A stretch of 63,568 nt of DNA, counting the filler, from Hausera hauseri (Eukaryota), in the NCBI GenBank assembly GCA_046269625.1. It is 10 parts of 10 records of this genome, joined end to end, with 100 filler letters (N's around TTAATTAATTAA, not from the genome) between each part and the next. Parts side by side here need not be neighbours in the genome. Positions count along the whole stretch, not along the records: positions 1 to 5,585 come from JBJURY010225520.1; positions 5,686 to 10,876 come from JBJURY010311943.1; positions 10,977 to 26,976 come from JBJURY010344378.1; 7 more parts are not named here. One strand, given 5' to 3'. Below, in pieces: positions 1 through 11,319 of the stretch (position 1 is its first letter; the number at the start of each line of letters is the position of its first letter). A model generated the notes under the pieces. The model was not told the DNA's origin and searched no databases. It worked only from the letters and a program-made list of their open reading frames with translations. A program made the translations under genes and the position numbers.

Positions 1-1270
1 CATTTGTAACGCTTTAATATCCAAATAAATCATTTCAGAATGTTGTATTTGTTTCTGTAAATAAGACGATTGGGACACTTTTAATCGTCTATGTTTCTGA
101 GGCCTCTCCTTGCCTGAATTTCGCATGTTCTTTGGTGAGAGGCCAAAGGCATGGCCCTCAGATCTGACCGCATCTATCGGCATCTTTTTTTCATCAATTC
201 GCTTCATATTTCGCTTAAAATTTAAGGCTTTTGAATTTGTCCGTATCAGGACATCGCAGACATTCATTAAACAATTGAAATTCATACTTATCAATTCTTA
301 TTGATCTATAATTCCACTACTGCCATAGCAGTATATTTATCTATAATTATACATCTTGATATTATATTAAACTTTCTACATGCATATATATAATTGAAAC
401 ATGTTTCTCTTTAACTACAATGTGACCGATTTTTCAAAAATAGACATTTTTCCACAGAACTCGATGTCTTAAATGCAAATAAAATGGTCTTCACTATCAT
501 AAAAGAAATCTCTCACAAAACTCCCACGTTTAATTTTTCCTTCACTAATTCAGTATAACAGTTATTTCTTCAGATCCTTACATCACTATCACCATTATAA
601 TCTTTCAAATCGATTGACGTGAATTGTAAACATTCGAATCACCGACCCATAACGGAAGTTAATCTTTACTACGCGTTTGAGCAGCTTGCAATTTTATAGT
701 GTGTCACAACGTATTTCACAATAGTTGAGTCCTGTTCTCTCTTCCTGAATTACAATGATTTTTACATACTAAAATCCTTGGCAATCATAACACTTTGGAC
801 ATCAATTTGAAAGAATCATAAAAATTAGATAAAGACAATTCAATTATGGAGCATAGAGTGTTTGAAGATATTTGGTTGTGTTTCCGATATTTTGAACCTA
901 TCATTTAATTATTGAGAATGAACTATAAATAACATTCACAAATTATTTCGAAGAAAAAACAATTCAAAGTCAATGATGTAATTGAACCCTTTCCATGTCG
1001 TGGACATTTCCATGTGTATTATTTTCCTTTTCTTTAAGGTTATTTCGTCGTGAAGACGAATCTTTTCCGAGTAAAGGTGGTCCAATTCAATTTTCATCTT
1101 TGTTCTACATAAATGAGAATCATGTCAGTTATTTTAGAATGATTATGAATATAAATTAGACGCCATTTTGATACAGATTCAGTTTACAGTTTGATGAAAC
1201 TCGGATATGCTGTATAACGTGACAGAAGGTTTGTCACAACGGTCATTGTGATTTGTTAAAAAAAGACAAA

Positions 1271-1372
1271 AATGTTCCTTGTAAATAGTTAAACAACGTC
1301 ATCACCAACCACTTTCTGAATGAGCATACTGTATCTGGTGATGACGTTGTTTAACTATTTACGAGGAACATT
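1271..1372. repeat. Near-perfect inverted repeat (37-bp stem, 28-nt loop)
   Basis: aatgttccttgtaaatagttaaacaacgtcatcacca (1271-1307) pairs with tggtgatgacgttgtttaactatttacgaggaacatt (1336-1372); the single mismatch is a G-T wobble on the + strand. Confidence 0.9.
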
Positions 1373-4300
1373 ATATTACCACATCTACAATTTTTGTCAT
1401 ATTTCTAATAAATCACCAATGAATTTTGTGGCCATTTTTCAGTCAATTTGGTTTGTCAGTTTTATAGTGTTTCTGATGAGTTTGAAAGCTTGCATCCTTT
1501 TAATCATCCAATTAATTCGAACTTTTTCCCATATTCACCAAAACATGAACCGCTTAATGTAACCATGAATAAAAAAATATAATCACGGTGTACAACCTAT
1601 TGAAAACAAGCCATTTATTAGAATCAAACATATGGTTACTGTTATCAAAATTGTCGAATATTTAGCCATAAAGTACAATCAAAATTACGACATAGTCAAT
1701 GTTTTCTAATATTTGTGCTTGATCTCTGTCAAATTTAATACAGCACAGAAATTCATATGAGAATTCTGGTTAAAATCCAGAATCAACTAGAAACTGTGCA
1801 TCTTCGCTGTAGCTTGTCCAAGAAGAAATGTGAGGAAATAGTCGGATATTGATGGGAATGAAAAAGTAGGGACTACATTGACAATGTAAGAATATGTCAA
1901 ACTGTAGAGAAATGTGAGGAAATGGTCGGATATTGATGTGAATGAAGAAGTAGGGTGATAAACTCCCGGATTTAGTTGCACCACCACATAAATAGAGAGA
2001 GAGACAATAAAAGTTTGATATGGACTTAATTTTTCTTCAATGTAACGATACAGCATAATCTCTTTACTGTACACACACACATTTAAAATGTAGGAAATGA
2101 AATCCGCGTAATAGAGGGAAAAAGAAATGGTGCGGGGGGATGGGGCCTTTTCCTTTAGTGAAATAGAACAATAAAATAATAATAAAAAACAATAAATAAA
2201 TAATAATAACGTAAATTAATTTAATTAAAATATTAATTTATTAAAATATTAAATAAATTAAAAACCATTTAAACAAAAAACAAAAAATCCTACTTTGTTC
2301 ATCATCATCGTAGTCGTCAGTGTTGAATAAATGATTTGATACTTAAGACATTAGTATATATATTTCAATATGTACGAATATGTGCGTTGTTGTTTTCTTA
2401 ACAGCCTACATATTGTGTAAATATTATTACTTCAAGTTCCATCCAGAATCAATGATGTCCAGTAGAACAAATTATCATTTAATTGATACCATATATATAT
2501 ATTGTTAACCTTATAATGCAATAATTGTGTGTGTGACGTAAAATGGCAAAGGACATGTAAATGTGCACGTAAATTAAACGACAATAATACCTGATAGCAA
2601 TTTTCATAAATTAACGTTGCATAACTACTCATTAGTTTGTAGGTAGACGTACTACCACCACCACCATTGCACTTTTGATCACAGTCCGTGTCCAATTCCA
2701 ACTACATATCCTCGGACAGGTGTGCTGCATAGTTGTCATCAGTGGTCTATATTTAACATTTATCAAACTGTTATTCCAGAGCTGTTTCTCTTTTACAACT
2801 AATGCACATGGAGTATTTCGTCGAAACTTTAGTCTAATTCATATCCACAAATATCATCGTAATAAATTATACAGAAATTATTTAATAACTTATATCTGAA
2901 GATCATTAACATTTATCTTTATGACATGTCCAGATTACCTTTAATGTATCAACATCATTCGAAATGGTATGTGCATTTCAAATACTAAATTGCTTGTATA
3001 GACAATTCATTCCGTTGAATAACTCATTGTAGTCTGATGCACAATCATTTCAATACAAGTAAATATTTATAGTCTTATAGTATTCAAATCGGACTTACGC
3101 TAGATCAAACTTCATTTTACGCAACTTTGTTTCATTTTATGATGTAAATGCACCGACATTGTTTAGTTTTCCTAGGTTTAACAATAATTTTGTAACCAAT
3201 TCGTTCAAATATTGATTTTTTAGTTCAGGGTGTTTCAAAAAATAAATTGTCCGTTTTTCATATTTTTGTTCATATTTTACGGTAATAATAATTAGAAATA
3301 AACTATGGATCAGAGTTAGAAGTCACTTGGCACGAGATACGGACTATAAAAGGGTGACTATGAGCATGAAGCTATTAATTGTGCAATATCCTTCAAAAGC
3401 AATATTAACTCACCGCTTTTTGAAAGCATGTATACTGCGCACTTGACATAGACTTTTTAACATAGTTTTTACTGTTTGTTTGTTCGTTCAGTTGCGTTTT
3501 TCACCCGGATCCTTTCATCTGATCGTGAGGCGGCTATAATATGAAATGCTCAACTGCTCATGGGCTACGTCCCCAACCCATTTCCATCACAGTCTGACTC
3601 GTGCCCGGGGAAATTTTACCCATTTGAAATTTTCCCATTGATTTTTCCCCTTGTTCCCATGGTCTCACCGAGTTGCAACAGTGTCCATTGTAATTGCCAA
3701 CACCTATTTACCCTTTGTACGCATTTTCTCAGCTCTAACAGCACGCGTCTCGTTACGCGAGGCGCATTTCCTGTTTTGCTTCTGCATCTTCTACCGCCTC
3801 TCCCTTACATTTCCCTGATCCGCGCCGCTATTAACTTTTGCTCAATTCGTCACGGGCTATCGATATCACTCGGTCCGAACCTCTTCACTCGACCTCTTTT
3901 CCTGGGGGGGGTCTCCGACTATTTTTAGTAAAATGTTCATAATAGCCAATCAGGTGGGGAAAACTGGTCGGCGGACAAATCAGAGAAGTGCGGTGGACCG
4001 CTCACTTCTACCTACTGATGATGATGATGATGGTTAAGCCTGCTGCATCCAGACAACTCTCTTGGCTAATCCGGTCAACACCCAATCGGAAATATCAAAA
4101 CGACTACAATTATATATAATGTATATAGTCATATACACATGTGTTGGAATCATGTATATTGTACATATAATTTTATGTTTATAGTGTTAATTTGTATGGG
4201 ATTGAGTTAGCTCGAAGAAATATGTGATTGAAAATGCAAAATGTGATGAATTTAACGAAATTGTAAAAAATGATGATGTAAGCATAGAACAGTTTCCATC

Positions 4301-4596
4301 GGCAATCGAGGAGCGGGAGAATGAGGATATTGATTATGTAGTAAAAGATTCACCATAGCTATTTCCTTGTTCGTCTAAGTTCTTTCCTCAGGCTGAGAAT
4401 CAGGTGTCGGCCCATTAACTAGAAAATGCTAATCAAATTCATCACACACATCAGTATGATAATGAATTATAATATTGATTGATAAATAAATTAAAACTCA
4501 AATTCAAAATTTTAAAACCAAATTCAGCTGTTATTATTAATGCTGCTAATTATCAGTGTTTGTAGACTTGCGTTCAGAAAGAAAATTTATGTGATA

Positions 4597-5294
4597 ATGA
4601 TGTGTGATAACGATACCGATCCAAATTATCTTCTAGACCTCAATATGTCATGGACGTTAATCAAGGAACTTTACATAAACGAATATCGGAAGTTAATGAT
4701 GAATGAATTCAAGTTGGTCACAATTGACTATACATTTTGGAATATTTCGCATTCAATTAATGAAAGTGAACATTTAGATTTCGTTCGAGATCAACTAAAG
4801 GATTTAGAAATTATACTACGATATTTTAACATCGACGAAGTAAATATTACTTACAAAAACGTAGGAATATTAATTGATATTGTGAAACAAATTGACGCTA
4901 CGTCATTGTTGGAATTATGTGGAATATTCCCAATATATAGTGTCAAAATCAGCAACTATTTGAATTCATAGAGATTGGTCAAACAACAGAATTTCTCAAT
5001 CTTTTCGAAGAACAGTCTCTTCTTACTGGAAATCTCTCGGAAAATTTTAATAAAAAGGACTTTTTGAATATGAGTTTCCAAAAATCAAAAGATTCGTTGG
5101 ATGACGACAAAGTGAATGTTCTGACTGAAACATACCTTCTCGATTCTATTGTCAGATGGATGGGGTATGGATCTATTGATTATAAACAGCTCTCGGTTCC
5201 TCTATTAAACTCTGAGATTGACTACGTTATCATAAAACGAAATAAATGTGATCGAATGGAATCTTATCGGCCGACGATTTACTACGACAGATGA
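4597..5294 (+). pseudogene. Divergent BTB/BACK (kelch-like family) protein remnant
   Basis: VNITYKNVGILIDIVKQIDATSLLELCGIF resembles the BTB C-terminal helices (ITxxNVxxLLxxAxxLxxxxLxxxCxxFL). FLNMSFQKSKDSLDDDKVNVLTETYLLDSIVRWM resembles the BACK motif (FLxLSxxxLxxLLxxDxLNVxxExxVFxAVxRW). Broken by a stop at 4969-4971 and a frameshift. Confidence 0.6.
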
Positions 5295-5585
5295 AAATGA
5301 TGACGAATTTTGTTGGACATATACGTTAATTAACAGATATACGGTTAATTATATTTTTTGTTCTTGTTTGCTCTGGTCTTCGAATGCTGATGGGAACTGC
5401 GAAGAATGTGTGTGTGTGTGTGTTTTAATTAATAATTGTATTAGAAACTAAGAATAAAGGTGGGAAAATTGTTGTATGTCTATCAAACTAAGTCAAACAT
5501 AAATTTATGTACATTTGTGATCGATGGAAAATTAACCGGAATTAAGGAAGTTTGAGTTGAATGCAATAAAATTCTTGTTTGATAA

Positions 5586-5685
5586 NNNNNNNNNNNNNNN
5601 NNNNNNNNNNNNNNNNNNNNNNNNNNNNNTTAATTAATTAANNNNNNNNNNNNNNNNNNNNNNNNNNNNNNNNNNNNNNNNNNNN
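5586..5685. other. Artificial contig linker (N44-TTAATTAATTAA-N44). The same linker recurs at 10877-10976, 26977-27076, 31231-31330, 36010-36109, 43982-44081, 48963-49062, 55820-55919 and 60033-60132
   Basis: Identical 100-bp spacer with a central 12-mer that puts stops in all six frames. Sequence composition and content change abruptly across each one. Confidence 0.97.
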
Positions 5686-5920
5686 GTTATAATCTATGAC
5701 TGGACATGTTTTAATAAGAGAAGGTCTGGAGAACTTGGTCGCCACAGGCAAAATACCAAGAAATAGAAATAGTGGACGACAGAAGATGAATTACCTGGAT
5801 GGTTTGTGTGAATGGCTCAGACATAAGTCAATAGCAGAGATTACTGGGGACACCAGGAACCGTGAGATATGGAGATCCACGACGATCTACATGTGGCATG
5901 GACTGAAACAGGAACAGTAA
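5686..5920 (+). mobile_element. 3' end of an RTE-clade non-LTR retrotransposon ORF
   Basis: GHVLIREGLENLVATGKIPRNRNSGRQKMNYLDGL...TRNREIWRS matches the RTE C-terminal consensus GHVxRxxGLExLVxxGKIxGxRxRGRQ...DRxxWR. Confidence 0.75.
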
Positions 5921-7703
5921 TATCTCAAGCAAAAACACCACAAGTGGGTCAGCTTGTTTCTCTCCAGCTTGTGTATCAGAGAGAGTCCACTGTTCTTCGT
6001 GACTACAACTGCCCAGCTAATATACAAGTATATTCTCGGGAAAGAAAGGGAGGCCATATAGTGAATGAGTTAGTAGAAAAATTAAAAACTACGACTATTC
6101 GGTGGCTGCTGGAACGGGAAGCGGAGCAGATATATTAATGATGTGGTGATACTGGTTCCTGTAGCAAATAGTTCATTTTCGCTGCTGTACACCATCTAAT
6201 TCATAAACATTAACCGAAAACTATACACATAACAACATACTATTAATTTCTGTACTTTTATTTTGACGAAGATGGAAGAGAAGATTTTCAGATGCCTACG
6301 TACTACAAACGACCAAATATAAATCTAAACATCGATGATAATGAAGTTGATATGACAGTGGCCGAAGTCAAAAGATCCAAAGTATTTGGAAAGCACCAAA
6401 TGGTCTTGGCATTTTCTCGACCTAAGATAGAGCGACAGAAAGTTTGCAATACGAACAGTAGCAATAAAAGCTAACCGGGAATACTGAAGTACAGTGGTAC
6501 TTTAAAGGTAGAAAATTCGACGTAAATGTTAGCTCGCATTTCACGTATTTACTGCTGAATAATAGACGAATGCTTGATGATCAAAAAGCATGCCTTCCTT
6601 ATACACTATTATGGCAAACGTATGACAGATAGCACAAACTGTTGTTCAGTCGATCAAAAGTCAAATGTTGAATGGGTTTTAGTGACAGTTAGTCGGTACG
6701 ACATCAGCAAAATATTTAGCACAACCAAAACCTCGTCAGGAATTGGAAAGGCACCAGCAGTTGTTACGTCTCATCTGGTTTATCTCTGATGATGTTGTCG
6801 GATTGTGATTCGATGTCACTGCCAGAAGCATAGGTGCACAAAATGGCACATTGATTTTTCTCGAATATTTGCTTGTCAGATATTTTCTGTATTCAACATC
6901 TAGACATCATTTTCATGAATTGGTAGTCTCAGGAGTGTTTTACAAATTTTTTGAACCCATATTTGAAGGTTTCCAGAAGTTTTAACCTAATGTTGGACAA
7001 CATAACTTCAATCCTTTGTATCGAATATCACTTTGTATCGACGAGGTACCACTTTCGACTTCCCAGTGGTGTCCACAAGACCGGCTCAATGGCCAAAGTC
7101 AACTATTGTTTCAAAATGTTTTTATATCTAGAAAAATTCAAGATTATTGCAAAGTAGTTAATGAATCTAACAGGATTCTATTCGTTAAAAAATGGACGCC
7201 AAGTCTTCTGGAAGTTGATGTGTCTATAAATGTCTTGCTGTTGTATAAGTACATTATGTAATGTGTTGAAGCTATGGAAGATGCTACCCAAAAAACTTCA
7301 TACCTTGTAGTGTGTTGTTTAAGAGCTCGTTCCAGTGGCACTGTTCACGAAGAAGGTTGGAATTTGCGCACCTTTGATCCGATTCACTTATTTTTTAAAA
7401 ATATTGTCTTTATATAAAGGTGTATTCAACTGATGTTGTATTGTTGATATTATCAAAATTGAAATTGCCTGTGGAATATCGTTTTGAAACGGAATTATTT
7501 AAAAAATAAAGGGCTCTTTACTAATTGTAAATGCCAAAAATTATTAAAACAGAAAATATTGCTTTTTCTAAATTTTACACAAATACTTGATGCGACAGTT
7601 TAATGTCTGGACGTTGTATTTGTATCATTGTTTGGTGATTCGTGTTTAAATAATATAATCACTAATGCACAAACTTTACTCGTTCGCTACCAACCGTCCC
7701 ATA

Positions 7704-8761
7704 CAGGGTGCGCCAGCTAAATCCGTTGAATCTTTATTTACAGCTAGTGTTATCTGTGTATGTGTATATTTACTTTGTATCTTCTGGGTAGGTTATACTA
7801 CTTATTAATATGCTATTTGCATTTAATTGTGCTTAGATTATTTTAAGATGAGCTCGGAATTGGAGCGCCGAACAGCCGTAATAGTTGCCCTTCGCGCCAA
7901 ACGCACTAGTGCAGAAATAGCAACACTTTTGAACCTACCATACTCCATCGTGAGTGAAGTGGCAAAACGATTTTTTGCATCAGAGGAGGAAGGGGACGAT
8001 GCTGGATCCTCGGCAATAGAGAAGCTTGTCATCACATCCCTGAAGCATGATGCTTCTGGCCGCCTCCGGTATATTTCGGACGAGAAAATTTTTGTCATCG
8101 ACGCCAAGGTCAACAGGAAAAATGACCGCTGGATGGCTTAGTACCCGGAGAATGTGCCCATTATCGGAAAGACTAAGAATGCAGCCAGTATGCGCGTGCG
8201 TATTGAGTGATGGAGACGTTATGCCTGCACACTTCTTTACTCAGGGCCAGATGAGAACCAAGGAAGTGTATTTGAACGTCCTAAAGAAGGTTGTGAAACC
8301 TGGATTACCCAAGAGGCCTGTAGCAGACCGTATATTTCCTAGCAAGACGGTGCCCCAGCTCACATCAGCCATCTTGTTCAGAACTGGCTTGAAGACCATC
8401 TTGACGCATTCTGGAGCAAAGAATTTTTGGTCTCATAATAGCCCGGACTTAAATCCTCTGGACCATTACGTCTGGGGCATGGTAGAGAGGGAGAGAAACA
8501 GGACACCCCACAATAACGTCGACTCCCTCAAAACATCTGTGGATCTGGCAATGGACAACATCACCAGAGTTCACGTGCAGAGTGCCTGTTCAAAATTCCG
8601 ACCTTGTATCGAGGCCAATGGAAATTGAATTGAGTGACGTTTTGTTGGTAAGATACATGTAAACTTAAGTCTCGGATAACTTTTTTCTATCATTTGAAAT
8701 GTATGTCAATATATTTTTTGTGTTTTTCTGCTTATCCGACGGTTTTACCTGGCGCATTCTG
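7704..8761 (+). mobile_element. Tc1/mariner-superfamily DD37D (maT) transposon, decayed and internally deleted
   Basis: Left TIR cagggtgcgccagctaaatccgttg follows a TA at 7702-7703. Right TIR ccgacggttttacctggcgcattctg ends at 8761. Transposase pieces: HTH (RRTAVIVALRAKRTSAEIATLLNLPYSIV), SDEKIF, QDGAPAH and SPDLNPLDHYVWG. There are 37 residues between the 2nd and 3rd Asp after correcting one frameshift. Confidence 0.88.
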
Positions 8762-9119
8762 CATATGAGACACACCAGTTTTTTAGCACAACCCGGCGTC
8801 ATATATGTGTCGGTTTAGAATAATGTTTATTTTACTTTTTTATATTTTAAATACTCATACATAAAATGCATTCCAATTGATGTCATAAAATCACGAAAAA
8901 AAATTTTGCCTATGGTGGATGCTTTTCCCAGAAGACTCTTATAGCGAACGGGTAAATTTCTAAAATATCAGTAAATCTGGTTTATGTAAATTGTAATTTA
9001 GAACGCTGACCAATTTTGATTTGAATTTATGAACTTTTTTGCGATTCTATATTCAACAAATTTAAGTTACGCCATATTCGGAAGTATCCGTTGAGTAACG
9101 ATCCAGCGTCCTAAAGTAG

Positions 9120-10440
9120 TGCGAAATTGCCGGTTCTGGCACAAACCCCCCAAATTGCGTAACTTCCGGTCAGAAATTGCGCAACTTCGGGTGTAGATTT
9201 GCGTCACTTCCGGTGGAAATCGCGTCACTTCCGGTAAAATTTTCGCAAAGTTACGCATTTTTCACCGGAAGTTGTGCAATTTCCGGGCAGGACATGACGC
9301 AAAAGTTGCGCAGCAACCGTGTCCTCGTGTGTTCGGCTTTAAAAATTGCGAAAATGGCGTAAGGGCACTGGGAAATTGACCTGAAAGAAAAAGTGGTTTT
9401 GGGCGAATTGCGTGGGACTGGAGAAAAATATTGCAATTTTCTCTTCACGGTTGACCTGGGCACATCACGGCGGTTCGAATGGTATAAGGATTGTAGGGAT
9501 AACTCTTGAGGATAGCCCGTAAAAGAGTATGCCGATTCTGGAACAGCAGTGAAAATAACCGGAAAGTCCATATCTCAGCGCGTAGGAGTCGCACGGAGTT
9601 CGTTTTGGTGTAATTCGATTGGTCTCAATGAGCTGAGTCGAATGGAGCACAAAGTGACGTGAATGGTTTGTACGGGCCGGAGTTATGAGCAGAAAACGGA
9701 GCAAAAAAATAAGTATGAAATGAACATTGCTCAAAATCCTCACATCACACACGGTTTTCATCGATTCTATCGAGTAGTATTCGGTTAGATCTATCGACTG
9801 GTATGTAAATGGATTCAGTACAATGAGTAGTTTGAGCACAAATCAATTGTGCGCTAGAGCGATTTAAAGGGGGAAAAACCGGGAAAATGACCATAACTCC
9901 GGAACGATAATGGATAGTGAAATGGTCTGCATATCGCTGGAACGACGATTGGGAGACGAATCGAACGGTGCAATGATCTATGTCGTCCGACTCATGTCGA
10001 TTGAGCAGTGAGCACTTGAGCACTTTTGAGGTTTTCTGGGGACTGAGTCTGAACGAGAACCCATATTGTCGGTTTCTCTGCATAGTTGGTCTTGGTATGG
10101 CAGCGCGATTTGAACGATATATAAAATGTTCTGACAACTCTTCTGGCGGCCCGATAAAGGGTATGCCGGTTCTGGAACAGTTGAGGTTTTTTTGGCAAAT
10201 TTCAATAATGTACAACTGCTCAGCCAATAACAGACCGATTGAGTCCTTTCGGGTATTGTTTGACACGTCATATTGTGCTGCGTCGAATGATACCCGAATA
10301 GACACTGGCGGACTGTATCGGTCGGAGTTATGAGCAGAAGACGAAGCAACAGTGGTTTTAGGGGGTCGGCAAATGACCTATAGCTCCGTAACAGTAGTCG
10401 ATATGGGTACCGTTCGATTCGTCTCACTGAGATGAATCGA
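9120..10440. repeat. Structured non-coding repeat: an array of ~21-bp gcg(t/c)(a/c)acttccggt units plus two diverged ~300-bp direct copies
   Basis: acttccggt-like units recur at 9160-9240, with an inverted copy (caccggaagtt) at ~9264. Segments ~9410-9700 and ~10040-10340 share gggactg...ataactctt...gtatgccg(a/g)ttctggaacag...ggagttatgagcagaa. Confidence 0.6.
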
Positions 10441-11319
10441 ACGACATTAGAATGTGCGTGATTGGACTAGCGGGGACCATGCATGTAAAAAGGTTACAGT
10501 ACTTAGCAAGGTGCATGATGCGTTGTGCTTACCATGTTTTTATGTATATAAGGGTGTTCATCGTATGAATATTGCATAATTTTGATAGGGAAAACCAATT
10601 AAATAGTATCACACACACATGTAAACTAGTGGATAAAACTATATAGACAATGATATGATAAAATAGTACGCGCACACATAATGAAATTATTTGTATACAA
10701 AAAAAACTTTGATATTATTCATGAGCTGAACTTTTGATAAATAATGTACATTCATTAAAAATAAAAACTCTGCGTACAATTCAAACGTTTAAGCAACACA
10801 TACATACTGAACGTATTAATACTATTTCATTATTAAACACAATCACTTTATCTCTGTTGCTCTCGTTCAACATGAANNNNNNNNNNNNNNNNNNNNNNNN
10901 NNNNNNNNNNNNNNNNNNNNTTAATTAATTAANNNNNNNNNNNNNNNNNNNNNNNNNNNNNNNNNNNNNNNNNNNNTTTCATTATAAAGTTTAAAATTTG
11001 AGCCAAGTGTTGATACTTCAATTTAAAGTGATATGTGGAGTTTCACCTGTTTCTTGTTAAGTGGCACCGCGACTTTAACTAGAATCAGATGATTTAGGAA
11101 AAGAAAAACTCCGTCATTTAACATGTAAGATTTATAAGTGATAGTGTGTTTCTCAACGAGTCTTTAAACAAAACTCAGTGGAACTTAATCGGTCTAAATA
11201 TCTGATCTGACTGAGATCGTTGTTACAGTTTAATCCTAGGACAGTGGCTAACCATTCATTATCTATGGTAGTGCTAAACCACTACCGATGTAATATATTT
11301 CTGGCCACTGCGACGCCGT

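Noticed and set aside
1824-1955. 48-bp direct repeat at 84-bp spacing suggesting C2H2 finger periodicity
   Set aside because: I found no Cys/His pattern in the frames I translated; it is a local duplication.
5630-5641. TTAATTAATTAA as a piggyBac target or biological motif
   Set aside because: It is always embedded in symmetric N runs and is an assembly spacer.
6270-7340. Possible decayed gene (TEVQWYFKG looks Ig-like)
   Set aside because: Too fragmentary, with no second supporting motif.
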